IMG/VR virus record: IMGVR_UViG_3300031963_000016
Coordinates: 1-64,000 of that record
Length of the DNA stretch: 64,000 nucleotides
Source of the DNA: a virus
Reading direction: 5' to 3' (one strand)
The position numbers and the translations under genes were made by a program. Position 1 is the first letter of the stretch; the number at the start of each line of letters is the position of its first letter. The notes under the pieces are model-generated. The model was not told the DNA's origin. It saw nothing but the letters and a program-made list of their open reading frames with translations, and made no database searches. This document shows positions 25,981-34,682 of this stretch, one piece after another.

Positions 25981-26224
25981 ACGTGCCAGCGTTACTGGCT
26001 AGTGTGATCCGCACGACGAGAAGCAGATTGACAACTGCAGGATGGTTCTCCCTTTGAATGGGGCATGAGTAAAATCATGGGTCGACCTAACCAGCGTTGG
26101 CAACACGAGAGTCCTTGTGATGGCGAGTGGGTGGAAGGCATGTGTGATGGAGAAACTGGTGCGATGTACACAATCCAGAAGTAAACTGATGTGCTATAAT
26201 TACCACGATCACAAGGAAGCATTT
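25981..26224 (+). ncRNA. Candidate ~240-nt multi-hairpin ncRNA between tRNAs
   Basis: GC-richer, no credible ORF; 10-bp helix 26112-26121/26208-26217 plus several small hairpins. Confidence 0.55.
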
Positions 26225-26307
26225 GCCCTGATGGTGGAATTGGTAGACACGCTGGTCTTAGAAGCCAGTGCTTAGGCGTGAGAGTTCGAGTCTCTCTTGG
26301 GGCACCA
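26225..26307 (+). tRNA. trnL: tRNA-Leu(UAG)
   Basis: CTGGT CT TAG AA GCCAG; CCA. Confidence 0.95.
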
Positions 26308-26415
26308 TAATGAAATAGATTAACGAGAGCATCATACTCCTGCCAGAGAAGTATGCTCAAGTCGGTTGGCAGACTGAGCGGATACTATATTATCCCGTTT
26401 AGTCTATTTCATTAT
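26308..26415 (+). ncRNA. Candidate 108-nt four-way-junction RNA with loop-loop pairing
   Basis: 12-bp terminal stem, three internal hairpins, TGCCAG/TTGGCA loop complementarity. Confidence 0.65.
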
Positions 26416-26490
26416 GGTGATGTAGTTCAGTGGTAGAACATCTGCTTCATACGCAGTCGGTCGGTGGCTCGATTCCACCCATCACCACCA
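26416..26490 (+). tRNA. trnM: tRNA-Met(CAU), elongator-like
   Basis: TT CAT AC; atypical T-loop CTCGATT; CCA. Confidence 0.88.
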
Positions 26491-26509
26491 GATAAGTAGT
26501 AAAGAGTAT

Positions 26510-26584
26510 TCCGAGATAGCACAGCGGTAGTGCAGTTGACTGTTAATCAATTGGTCGTAGGTTCGATCCCTACTCTCGGAGCCA
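26510..26584 (+). tRNA. trnN: tRNA-Asn(GUU)
   Basis: CT GTT AA; CCA. Confidence 0.95.
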
Positions 26585-26589
26585 AATTT

Positions 26590-26663
26590 GCCCCATTAGC
26601 ATGAAGGTCGTGCAGTCGCCTTGTAAGCGACAGGTGATAGTTCAATTCTGTCATGGGGCACCA
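26590..26663 (+). tRNA. trnT: tRNA-Thr(UGU)
   Basis: GTCGC CT TGT AA GCGAC; CCA. Confidence 0.95.
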
Positions 26664-26670
26664 GTTTTAT

Positions 26671-26748
26671 CCGAGTGTAGCGCAGTCTGGTTAGCGCATC
26701 TGCTTTGGGAGCAGAGGGTCGTAGGTTCGAATCCTACTACTCGGACCA
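26671..26748 (+). tRNA. trnP: tRNA-Pro(UGG)
   Basis: TCTGC TT TGG GA GCAGA; CCA. Confidence 0.95.
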
Positions 26749-26753
26749 AAATT

Positions 26754-26829
26754 GCTCCAGTAACTCAGCTGGTAGAGTAACTGATTAGTAATCAGTAAGT
26801 CGGGAGTTCGAATCTCTCCTGGAGCACCA
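26754..26829 (+). tRNA. trnT: tRNA-Thr(AGU)
   Basis: ACTGA TT AGT AA TCAGT perfect arm; CCA. Confidence 0.92.
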
Positions 26830-27044
26830 TGATAAGGAAAACTAAAATGTCAGACAATACACCTTTAACATTTAAAGAACAGTGGGAACAAAAGAAACTA
26901 CTTAAACGTGTTAAGAAGAAAGCGAAGAAAAATCTTCAAGCACAAGGATTTGGCAGAAGGGAAGCAACGAAACAAGTAAATGCTGCTTTAAATAGAATCT
27001 CTTCTAACAAACCTATTAAACGTGCAGCAGGTAGAGGTGGATAA
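26829..27044 (+). CDS. Small Lys/Arg-rich protein (start may be 26848)
   Basis: Highly basic ORF ending KRAAGRGG; AAGGA RBS before 26848. Confidence 0.6.
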   Translation: MIRKTKMSDNTPLTFKEQWEQKKLLKRVKKKAKKNLQAQGFGRREATKQVNAALNRISSNKPIKRAAGRGG

Positions 27045-27268
27045 TGAGTGATGGTGGTAAAGGTAGCAAGCCAAGACCATTTTCAGTTGATCAAAAAACT
27101 TTTGATAATAACTGGGATGCTATTTTTGGTAAGAAAATAGATAATACAGGTGTGTTAAAAAATGAGTATCAAGATATTTTGTCAACAGAAGATTGTTTTG
27201 AAATCGAAGACAGAATCACTAGATATAATGAAGAAACTCAAGAAGTAAAGAAAGTAGTATCTCGATAG
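27044..27268 (+). CDS. Small hypothetical protein
   Basis: MSDGGKGSKPRP...NNWDAIFGK; 3' end overlaps tRNA-Trp. Confidence 0.65.
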   Translation: MSDGGKGSKPRPFSVDQKTFDNNWDAIFGKKIDNTGVLKNEYQDILSTEDCFEIEDRITRYNEETQEVKKVVSR

Positions 27269-27332
27269 TGTAATGGCAGCATATCTGTCTCCAAAACAGC
27301 AGGTGGGGGTTCAAGTCCCTCTCGGGATGCCA
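27259..27332 (+). tRNA. trnW: tRNA-Trp(CCA)
   Basis: CT CCA AA; G73-CCA. Confidence 0.92.
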
Positions 27333-27341
27333 GAAAATAAA

Positions 27342-27584
27342 ATGGAAACACTTGAACAATATATTCTATTAGAGAATAGATACCCACATGTCGCAAAGAA
27401 TATCAAATTATTCTGGGGATCTAGTTATCTTCCAGATTACATAACGAATCTTATGCTTGATACAAGAAATGGAAAAAGAAAAGGATTTCCACCAGATGAT
27501 GCGAAAGCATTGACAGACTTACTAAAAATACATGATGATGTGTATCCAAGATACATAAAATATGAAATATGGGATAACGAATAA
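27342..27584 (+). CDS. Small helical hypothetical protein of a Burkholderiales-type family
   Basis: RYPHVAKNIKLFWGS...LMLDTRNGKRKGFPPD; start at ATG 27342. Confidence 0.65.
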   Translation: METLEQYILLENRYPHVAKNIKLFWGSSYLPDYITNLMLDTRNGKRKGFPPDDAKALTDLLKIHDDVYPRYIKYEIWDNE

Positions 27585-27585
27585 T

Positions 27586-27661
27586 GCGGGTGTAATTCAG
27601 TTGGTAGAATGTTTGCTTGCCAAGCAAAATGTCACGAGTTCGAGTCTCGTTACCCGCTCCA
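27586..27661 (+). tRNA. trnG: tRNA-Gly(GCC)
   Basis: TTTGC TT GCC AA GCAAA; U73-CCA. Confidence 0.95.
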
Positions 27662-27693
27662 AATAATTAACAAAAAGAAAGTGAGCATTTATC

Positions 27694-28176
27694 ATGAAAC
27701 CTATCGATATCGATGAAGTTAAAACATTCATCGAGGCGCAGAGTCCCGAGACAAAGATCTACATTGGTGGAGACTCAGAACGATTCTTGATAGGTAAAGA
27801 TTGGTATGCTGACTACACACTTGCCATCGTTGTTCATATCGATGGTAAACATGGATGTAAAATCTTTGGAGAAGTTCATCGTGAACGTGACTATGATCAA
27901 AAGAGAGATCGTCCTCGTATGCGTTTGATGAATGAGGTTTACAAAATCGCAGAGTTATATCTTAAGATGCAAGATGTGCTAGAAAGTCGCAATGTTGAAG
28001 TTCATTTGGATATTAATCCAGATGAGAAGTATGGAAGTTCTTGTGTAGTACAAGAGGCAGTTGGTTATATTCGTGGTATGTGTAATGTTGTGCCAATGGT
28101 TAAACCAAGAGCATTCGCTGCGTCATATTGTGCAGATAGATTAAAACATATTATGGCAGAAAGAAAAGTTGCATAA
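27694..28176 (+). CDS. Ribonuclease H-like YkuK family protein
   Basis: IYIGGDS, RLMNEV, EVHLDIN, VKPRAFAASYCAD. Confidence 0.85.
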   Translation: MKPIDIDEVKTFIEAQSPETKIYIGGDSERFLIGKDWYADYTLAIVVHIDGKHGCKIFGEVHRERDYDQKRDRPRMRLMNEVYKIAELYLKMQDVLESRNVEVHLDINPDEKYGSSCVVQEAVGYIRGMCNVVPMVKPRAFAASYCADRLKHIMAERKVA

Positions 28177-29033
28177 TGATTCCAAAAATAATTCATCAGA
28201 TAATGCCACGAGACAAATCAAAGTGGCATCCAATCTGGAAAAGATGTCATCCATCTTGGAAAGTTCAGTTTCTTGACGATGAATTTGAGTACAAGATTTG
28301 GTATGATGATGAATTACATAAAATTATAGAGGAGTCTTATCCACAATATCTGGAAATGTTCAATGCATTTCCAAGACACATTCTTAAAATTGATTTTGCT
28401 CGATTTTGTATTCTGCATAAGTACGGAGGTATCTATGCAGATTTAGACATTTATTGCTATAAGAATTTTTATAAACATCTAAAAGATTTTGATGTTTATC
28501 TAATTGGTTCTGCTGTTCCACAAGACAGATCTGTAGAAAATGCATTGATGATATCGAAACCGAATTGTAGTTTCTTTGTAGAGTGTATGGAAGAAACTAA
28601 AAAACAATTTCTAAATTTTAAAAATGATATAGATTTTTCAAAACATTTAAACATAACAGAATTTGATCATAAAGCATATACTAGTTTTATCGGTAACACA
28701 ACTGGTATTTACATGGTATCCAATATCTATGAGAAATTAAAAAATAATCCTAGTTTGAAGATTGGAATTTTAAATTCCATGCTGTTTCAACCACCACCAT
28801 CATACTATGACACAAACTTAATGACTAAACATATGTGTAGTAATTGGTGGGGAAATGAAGAGATAGAATTAGCAGAGCATTTGTTTGAGACTAAATACGA
28901 TGATGTGGAAGCAAAAACCAGAGATGATTTCGTCGGAGTTTTCTATTCTAGAGGTAAATTAGAAGGATTAGTGTCAATAGAAGATTTTGATTTTTACACC
29001 AATTATTATATTGAAGAGGTAACAGATGACTGA
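28176..29033 (+). CDS. GT32/OCH1-like glycosyltransferase
   Basis: MIPKIIHQI, DFARFCILHKYGGIYADLD (DxD). Confidence 0.85.
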   Translation: MIPKIIHQIMPRDKSKWHPIWKRCHPSWKVQFLDDEFEYKIWYDDELHKIIEESYPQYLEMFNAFPRHILKIDFARFCILHKYGGIYADLDIYCYKNFYKHLKDFDVYLIGSAVPQDRSVENALMISKPNCSFFVECMEETKKQFLNFKNDIDFSKHLNITEFDHKAYTSFIGNTTGIYMVSNIYEKLKNNPSLKIGILNSMLFQPPPSYYDTNLMTKHMCSNWWGNEEIELAEHLFETKYDDVEAKTRDDFVGVFYSRGKLEGLVSIEDFDFYTNYYIEEVTDD

Positions 29034-29478
29034 ACCCAATCGCCCAGAAGTAAAGATTTTAGCAGTTAGTAACGTATATACTCGATTGATGCATTTTAAG
29101 AAAAAAGGTGATTTTGAGTTGGGGCATTATCATACTTACGACCACGGAACATTGTTGTCTTCTGGTAAACTACTGGTAGAAATGTTCGATAAGGAAAACA
29201 ATTTAGTTGGAGCTAAAGAATTTACTGCACCAAGTTTTATTATGGTGAAGAAAAACAATACTCATAAATTAACAGCACTAGAGGATAATACTATCGCTGG
29301 ATGTATCCATGCTCTTAGAACTATTGATGACGAGATCGTAGATCCAGAATTTATTATTGAAGAAACTGAATTGGCTGACGATATTAGAGTGACACCACAT
29401 TTACCTAGAATAGCTGATGTGTATAAAGATAAAGGTATTGAGTTTGTTCCCTTAACTAAAATGAAATCTGATGAATAA
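29026..29478 (+). CDS. Cupin-like protein
   Basis: GHYHTYDH...HKLTALED...CIHAL. Confidence 0.65.
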   Translation: MTEPNRPEVKILAVSNVYTRLMHFKKKGDFELGHYHTYDHGTLLSSGKLLVEMFDKENNLVGAKEFTAPSFIMVKKNNTHKLTALEDNTIAGCIHALRTIDDEIVDPEFIIEETELADDIRVTPHLPRIADVYKDKGIEFVPLTKMKSDE

Positions 29479-30148
29479 TATATTAGCATTCAAAAGTTTT
29501 TCTCCATTTTTACCTGAGATAGAAATACCTGTTTACATTTCTACATTAGAAGAAAAATATTTAGAAAAACTTTTACAATTTTGTTTGAATAAAATTCCTA
29601 GTATATTTAAAGAAACTGATGAGAATTTAATACCACCTGGAAAAACATCTCCTCCACCTGCTCATTGGTTAACTAATAGAGGTTGGCAATACAATATTCT
29701 TGATAATCAAGACGAATCAATTGTTTATTTAAAACAACACATATTAAAATCTTATCATGAGTATTGTGAAGATAATGATGTTACACCAGAAAAAATTTAT
29801 GCGCATGGATGGTTAAATGAATGTCCTACTGGAACAAAAATTCACCCTCATAATCATGAACATGTTTTAGACGGAAATAATCCTCTGGAACTTTCTTATC
29901 TTTCTGGAAATGTTTGCATTCGTACTAAAAATACTGTGACTAATTTTAAAAGTCCATTTGTAAATATGTGGGCTCCGATTAACAATGAGAGTGGAAAGGT
30001 ATATATTTTCCCATCTTATGTGACACATTCGACTTCAGAGAATAACGAAGAAGAAACAAGGATCACTTTAGCGTTCGACTTAATAACAGAATACATATAT
30101 AACCTAAATTCGGATCATTATAATGGCACTTTTTGCGAGTTAAAATAA
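29471..30148 (+). CDS. Putative 2OG-Fe(II) oxygenase
   Basis: WLN...HPHNH, LSGNVCI, IFPSYVTHST, RITLAFD. Confidence 0.8.
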   Translation: MNNILAFKSFSPFLPEIEIPVYISTLEEKYLEKLLQFCLNKIPSIFKETDENLIPPGKTSPPPAHWLTNRGWQYNILDNQDESIVYLKQHILKSYHEYCEDNDVTPEKIYAHGWLNECPTGTKIHPHNHEHVLDGNNPLELSYLSGNVCIRTKNTVTNFKSPFVNMWAPINNESGKVYIFPSYVTHSTSENNEEETRITLAFDLITEYIYNLNSDHYNGTFCELK

Positions 30149-30161
30149 TAGATAAATATAT

Positions 30162-30237
30162 GCGGATATGGTGTTAACGGTAGCATGACTGCCTTCCAAG
30201 CAGACGGAGAGGAGTTCGAATCTCCCTATCCGCTCCA
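30162..30237 (+). tRNA. trnG: tRNA-Gly(UCC)
   Basis: CT TCC AA; U73-CCA; preceded by GATAAATA late-promoter-like motif. Confidence 0.93.
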
Positions 30238-30259
30238 ATCATAAATCAAGGAGAAAGTA

Positions 30260-30553
30260 ATGGCATTTACACATAAAACAGTAACAGAATGGAATGTTAG
30301 TGCTCAAGAGCAAAGAGCTATTCCAGAGTTAATGGAAGAAAGAACAGAGTGGCTTAAACAAGCAGTTGAAGATGGAAAAACAGATACTGTAATAGGAACT
30401 GCGTTAAGTGATGATGAGGATGGTTCTGCTCAAAATGCGATAGGAGAAAGAGTTTGGAATAATCAAACTTCTGCTCAGAGTTGGAAAACTTTTGTTGAAG
30501 AACTTGCAACAAAGCACAATAAACAGGTTACTGTAACTATTTCTGAACTTTAA
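30260..30553 (+). CDS. Hypothetical protein
   Basis: AAGGAG RBS. Confidence 0.7.
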   Translation: MAFTHKTVTEWNVSAQEQRAIPELMEERTEWLKQAVEDGKTDTVIGTALSDDEDGSAQNAIGERVWNNQTSAQSWKTFVEELATKHNKQVTVTISEL

Positions 30554-30569
30554 TTATCATGATTTTGTT

Positions 30570-31313
30570 ATGTTTATTTTTAAAAGAAATAAAGTAGTTT
30601 TGGATACGTTCACAGATAATGTGAACGTATTTCATTATGCAAAACCTGAAAAGGCAATTCGTTATTTCCCTGAGTGGTGGAAAACTATTCCAGTAAAAAC
30701 TCAGTCTTTAACACCATATGGTTTACAATATGATATTGATACAATGGCTAGTTGTCCTGGTTTTATTGATCATTTTAAGAATAGTATTGTGTTACCTTTA
30801 TGGTCTGATCTTATTATTGAGACTAGTGATAACGGAGATTACAAATATAAGTACGCAGATGATTCTAGTCCACCAATTGTTTCTCATTCAGATAAACAAT
30901 ATGGATTTTTTTTTCAGGATAAAATACATCTAAAAATTTGTTATCCTTGGTTATTTCAAGAAAAAACTGGGATTAATTTTGTTTGTGTAGAACCAACTTG
31001 GAATCTTTTAAATAAAGAGTTCCCAGGTAAAATCTTACCAGGAACAGTACAGTACCAAATGAATGTTAGTGGTAACATTAACATGTTTTTCCCAAAGATA
31101 AATAATAGAATAAAACTAGAATTTGGTACTCCGCTTTATCAATTGTTTCCTCAAAGTGAAAAAGATATTGAAATAAAAACTCATTTAGTTAGTAGCGAGG
31201 AATATAAAAATTTGAATAAGATATCCAGTTACAGATTTAAGTTTAATAAAAATTATTCTTTTAAAAAGAAAACTTTTGGCACTTGCCCTTTTAACTCTAT
31301 TTTGAAAAAATGA
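30570..31313 (+). CDS. Hypothetical protein (beta-rich accessory family)
   Basis: PEWWK, CPGF, PLWSD, KICYPW, GTPLYQL, C-terminal CPF. Confidence 0.7.
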   Translation: MFIFKRNKVVLDTFTDNVNVFHYAKPEKAIRYFPEWWKTIPVKTQSLTPYGLQYDIDTMASCPGFIDHFKNSIVLPLWSDLIIETSDNGDYKYKYADDSSPPIVSHSDKQYGFFFQDKIHLKICYPWLFQEKTGINFVCVEPTWNLLNKEFPGKILPGTVQYQMNVSGNINMFFPKINNRIKLEFGTPLYQLFPQSEKDIEIKTHLVSSEEYKNLNKISSYRFKFNKNYSFKKKTFGTCPFNSILKK

Positions 31314-31660
31314 AAGATATAAGGTTTAATACAACTAGCGGATTTATTGAATCAATTGGTAGAAGTTCTACATCATTAGAATTTATTGAATGGTGGGGGA
31401 AGGAAGGAATGCAATTTGATTTTTATAATCCTATGGATGACGAGGTTAAGACTATCTCTTTAACAAAAGATGAGATTCATGCTCTCGTCACAGCAACTAT
31501 AGCCTCTAACTTTGTTGATGTTGATTCTGCTAAAAAAGATGCGGAAGAAATGAAAGTCGAATCTGATAAAAGAAGAGAAGAGTATGAAAAGAATAAAAAC
31601 CTAGCTCTTTTACCAGACCAAATAACTGGTCTAGGAAACTTAGATAGATTAAACTTTTAA
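31310..31660 (+). CDS. Hypothetical protein
   Basis: Overlapping start/stop. Confidence 0.65.
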   Translation: MKDIRFNTTSGFIESIGRSSTSLEFIEWWGKEGMQFDFYNPMDDEVKTISLTKDEIHALVTATIASNFVDVDSAKKDAEEMKVESDKRREEYEKNKNLALLPDQITGLGNLDRLNF

Positions 31661-31672
31661 CTAGAGGAATAA

Positions 31673-32893
31673 ATGATAGAAGATAATAATTTTTACAGAT
31701 CAGTGTTAATGAGTAGAATCATTGCTCTGGTTGGAGGTGCTGGATTAGAAGCAGCAGAACGATGGCTTCAGACTCCACACAAAGATTTTAATTTTAGAAC
31801 CCCAGAGTCTTTTTTAAATGCTGCAGAGTGGATGACAGTAAGAGATTGGTTAGTAGATAATGTCTCTGGACAGTTTTATAATGACGTTGATTACTATGCA
31901 GTAGCACAAAACTCAGAACAATATACAACAAGTCTCGTAACTGGAGAAGGTATGGACGCATTCGAAGACCTAAGAAATAGACATATTATTGCCACAGGTG
32001 GAACTAGATCAGTTTTAAATTTTCATCAGAGCAAACCCAAAACAAATGCATCATATATTATCCATACATTTACTTCTAGTGGAACTTTTAGGGTTGAACG
32101 TGGTGGTAGAATAGAATTCATCATCGTCGGTGGAGGTGGTGGTGGAGGTGCTGGATCTGCCTCACATGCTGGAGGTGGTGGTGGAGGCGGACAAGTAATT
32201 ATTGGCTCTACTGTAATTACTGCTAATCCATATAATATCGTTGTTGGAGCAGGTGGTGCTGCTGGAAATGATATTGGAGATGCAAGAGTAAACACAAATG
32301 GTGGAAACAGTATCGCATTTGGATTTACTGCTTTTGGTGGTGGTGCTGGCGGAACTGCTATCACAGTAATGAACACTGGTGTAGCACTTACTAATGCGAC
32401 TGGTGGTGGAGGTAGTTCTCAAACTGGTTCTACTGCAGGAGCAGTAGGTATAAATGGTCGTGGATTTGCAGGTGGCAATGGAATGACTGCATTTCCTGCT
32501 GGCGGTGGTGGTGGTGGCGCAGGTGGGGCTGGTGTTGTAGCAACTGGAACTAACGCAGGAAATGGTGGAATTGGTAAATCAAATAGGATTGTAGGAATTT
32601 TACCTATACCATATAGTGGTGGTGGGGAAAATGATTTCTTTACAGGAACAGAAATTTTTTATGGTGGTGGAGGTGGTGGTGGTGCTTGTGGACCTGGACC
32701 ATCCTCTGCACCAATTTTAGGTGGAGTTGGTGGGAGAGGTGGTGGCGGATCCGCACCAAATTCTAATAATCAAGGTGCAGGAGCAGCTGGGCAAGCCAAC
32801 ACTGGTGGTGGTGGCGCAGGTGGTTCTGGTAATTTTGTTGGTGGTGCAGGTGGTTCTGGAATCGTTATAATTCGATATTTGGTAGGTATTTAA
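31673..32893 (+). CDS. Xre/MbcA/ParS-like antitoxin C-terminal domain fused to a glycine-rich domain
   Basis: AAERWLQTPH..FNFRTPESFL..EW.TVR N-terminus; HTFTSSGTF...GGGGG...GGSGIVIIRY glycine-rich domain. Confidence 0.65.
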   Translation: MIEDNNFYRSVLMSRIIALVGGAGLEAAERWLQTPHKDFNFRTPESFLNAAEWMTVRDWLVDNVSGQFYNDVDYYAVAQNSEQYTTSLVTGEGMDAFEDLRNRHIIATGGTRSVLNFHQSKPKTNASYIIHTFTSSGTFRVERGGRIEFIIVGGGGGGGAGSASHAGGGGGGGQVIIGSTVITANPYNIVVGAGGAAGNDIGDARVNTNGGNSIAFGFTAFGGGAGGTAITVMNTGVALTNATGGGGSSQTGSTAGAVGINGRGFAGGNGMTAFPAGGGGGGAGGAGVVATGTNAGNGGIGKSNRIVGILPIPYSGGGENDFFTGTEIFYGGGGGGGACGPGPSSAPILGGVGGRGGGGSAPNSNNQGAGAAGQANTGGGGAGGSGNFVGGAGGSGIVIIRYLVGI

Positions 32894-32894
32894 T

Positions 32895-33245
32895 ATGATA
32901 ATCGATCCATTAAGCGAAAACTTTAAAAAAAGTGGACTGTGGCAAAGACTACTCGAGCACGTAGGTGGTGATGAGCAGAGTGCAATTAGATGGTGGGACA
33001 CACCATTAGGTTGTGATCCTTTTTTTGGTAGAACACCAAGAGATCTTATGACTGCTAACGAATGGGATACTGTTCGTGTATTCCTTGAGTCTAGAAATCC
33101 AGTTAGTGGTGCCATATACAATTATGGTATATCTGATCAATATATTGGCATGAATCCGACTCAAGACATGAATTCATTAAATCAATACTACTATACTAAA
33201 ACCGCTGAAGTAGTTTATCCAAAGACAAAGCGACCAAGAAAATAA
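32895..33245 (+). CDS. Xre/MbcA/ParS-like (DUF2384-type) domain protein, paralog of upstream N-terminus
   Basis: AIRWWDTPL..FFGRTPRDLM..EWDTVRVFL. Confidence 0.6.
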   Translation: MIIDPLSENFKKSGLWQRLLEHVGGDEQSAIRWWDTPLGCDPFFGRTPRDLMTANEWDTVRVFLESRNPVSGAIYNYGISDQYIGMNPTQDMNSLNQYYYTKTAEVVYPKTKRPRK

Positions 33246-33261
33246 AACAGGTGAAGATATT

Positions 33262-33540
33262 ATGCATCCTTTGATTAAACAGTTATACAATCAGTCATAT
33301 AAACATGAAGATGGTGCCAAAGTATGGCACGACCAAATTTTTGATATCGAAGCATTTGCACAGCGTATCGTATTTCGCTGTGCAATGACTGCCAAAACAG
33401 CACTTGCAGAAGGTAGAGATCCGTACGAAGAAATACTTACAAAGTATGGAACAGAAACGCAAGTCGCATCAGAATCACGCACATTGCAGATAAAAAATGG
33501 TGAGTGCCCAGAGGTGGGTGAACCAAACGAACTAATTTGA
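33262..33540 (+). CDS. Hypothetical protein
   Basis: ORF in operon. Confidence 0.55.
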   Translation: MHPLIKQLYNQSYKHEDGAKVWHDQIFDIEAFAQRIVFRCAMTAKTALAEGRDPYEEILTKYGTETQVASESRTLQIKNGECPEVGEPNELI

Positions 33541-33547
33541 GATTGCA

Positions 33548-33901
33548 ATGGAAGCATACGATCCAATTACTGGTTCGATAGTACCTCTCAATACAGAAGC
33601 AAAACAATATACACCATATACAGTTGGCGAAGATACAAGATTGGTAGAATTAGTTGTCTTTCAACGTGGAAAAAGAGTAGAATGTTATGAGTGGGATGAA
33701 GATCTTTGGATTGAGTCTGCAACGGATATGTTTGCTCTTACTTCGCCGAAAATGCAAGATAAACGTGTAAGGATTATCGATAGCAAAAAGTGGATGAGGG
33801 GTAAAAAGATAGAGTTAGCACCCATTCTAAAATGTTTCGTCTGCGGTAAACCTACATGTCGTGGTGAATGCGACGAGGATAGATTCTTAGGATTAATATG
33901 A
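33548..33901 (+). CDS. Hypothetical protein with C-terminal CxxC-x4-C
   Basis: CFVCGKPTCRGEC. Confidence 0.6.
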   Translation: MEAYDPITGSIVPLNTEAKQYTPYTVGEDTRLVELVVFQRGKRVECYEWDEDLWIESATDMFALTSPKMQDKRVRIIDSKKWMRGKKIELAPILKCFVCGKPTCRGECDEDRFLGLI

Positions 33902-33977
33902 ATTGCTGCAATCATAACTGTCGTCAGGGTAGAGACTGTCCGTATCGTATAAATTATTGGGAGGAGAGAATCAGACC

Positions 33978-34187
33978 ATGGATATTAAAGATTATCAAAA
34001 GATGCCAGAGAAGGCACTAACATTTGAAGAGTGGAAGGGAAGCGTAGCACCACCTGTAGATGATGAATTTATGAAATCTGTGCAAAGAATGCATGGAGTT
34101 GACTACAAGAAAGAATTTGACGAGATGTTACGTAAAGAATACGAAGAGTATCTAGACAATCTAAATGGAAGTTGGTTATTAAAATGA
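33978..34187 (+). CDS. Small hypothetical protein
   Basis: GGAG RBS region; start 33978. Confidence 0.6.
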   Translation: MDIKDYQKMPEKALTFEEWKGSVAPPVDDEFMKSVQRMHGVDYKKEFDEMLRKEYEEYLDNLNGSWLLK

Positions 34188-34372
34188 TCACTAAAGAAAA
34201 ACTTGAGCATCATATCTCGCATCTTCAAGAACAGCATCGTGCGTTGGATAAAGAAATCACAGAGTTGGATTGTCACTGGGATGAGTCGGTCGAGTGTCAT
34301 AAATTAAAAAAGAAACGACTTAAATTAAAAGACGAAATCGAAAAGTGTCGAAAACAATTAACTTTATTGTAG
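34184..34372 (+). CDS. DUF465/YdcH-like coiled-coil protein
   Basis: LQEQHRALDKEI...LKKKRLKLKDEIEK. Confidence 0.75.
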   Translation: MITKEKLEHHISHLQEQHRALDKEITELDCHWDESVECHKLKKKRLKLKDEIEKCRKQLTLL

Positions 34373-34682
34373 GAGTTGCGATTACATTTGGACTGCTAAT
34401 GTTAGTAATTCCAGGGATCGGTATTCTTTTTGGATTGTTGAGGAAACTACTATGAGTAATTTTGCACGCTGGATCATCGGACTATTAACAGTAGTATTTT
34501 TTCCTTTTACAATTGCAATACTAGCTGCCTATGCCATACTCTATAAAATTCCAGTATTCGTCGGATATATCGTAGAGGATATCATAAATGGAGTAAGAGA
34601 GAAGTGGTCGGAGAAATAATAATTGCAATTATTGTTGCAGCATTTATAGGATTTTTAATCTACTGTGGAGATCATTTAAACG

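Noticed and set aside
26308-26415. Theta (HDV-like) or hammerhead ribozyme at a tRNA 3' end
   Set aside because: No nested HDV pseudoknot or CUGAUGA/GAAA core; kept only as an unassigned ncRNA.
32100-32870. GGT/GGA-rich high-GC tract resembling a DNA repeat or foreign island
   Set aside because: Explained by Gly codons of the glycine-rich domain.
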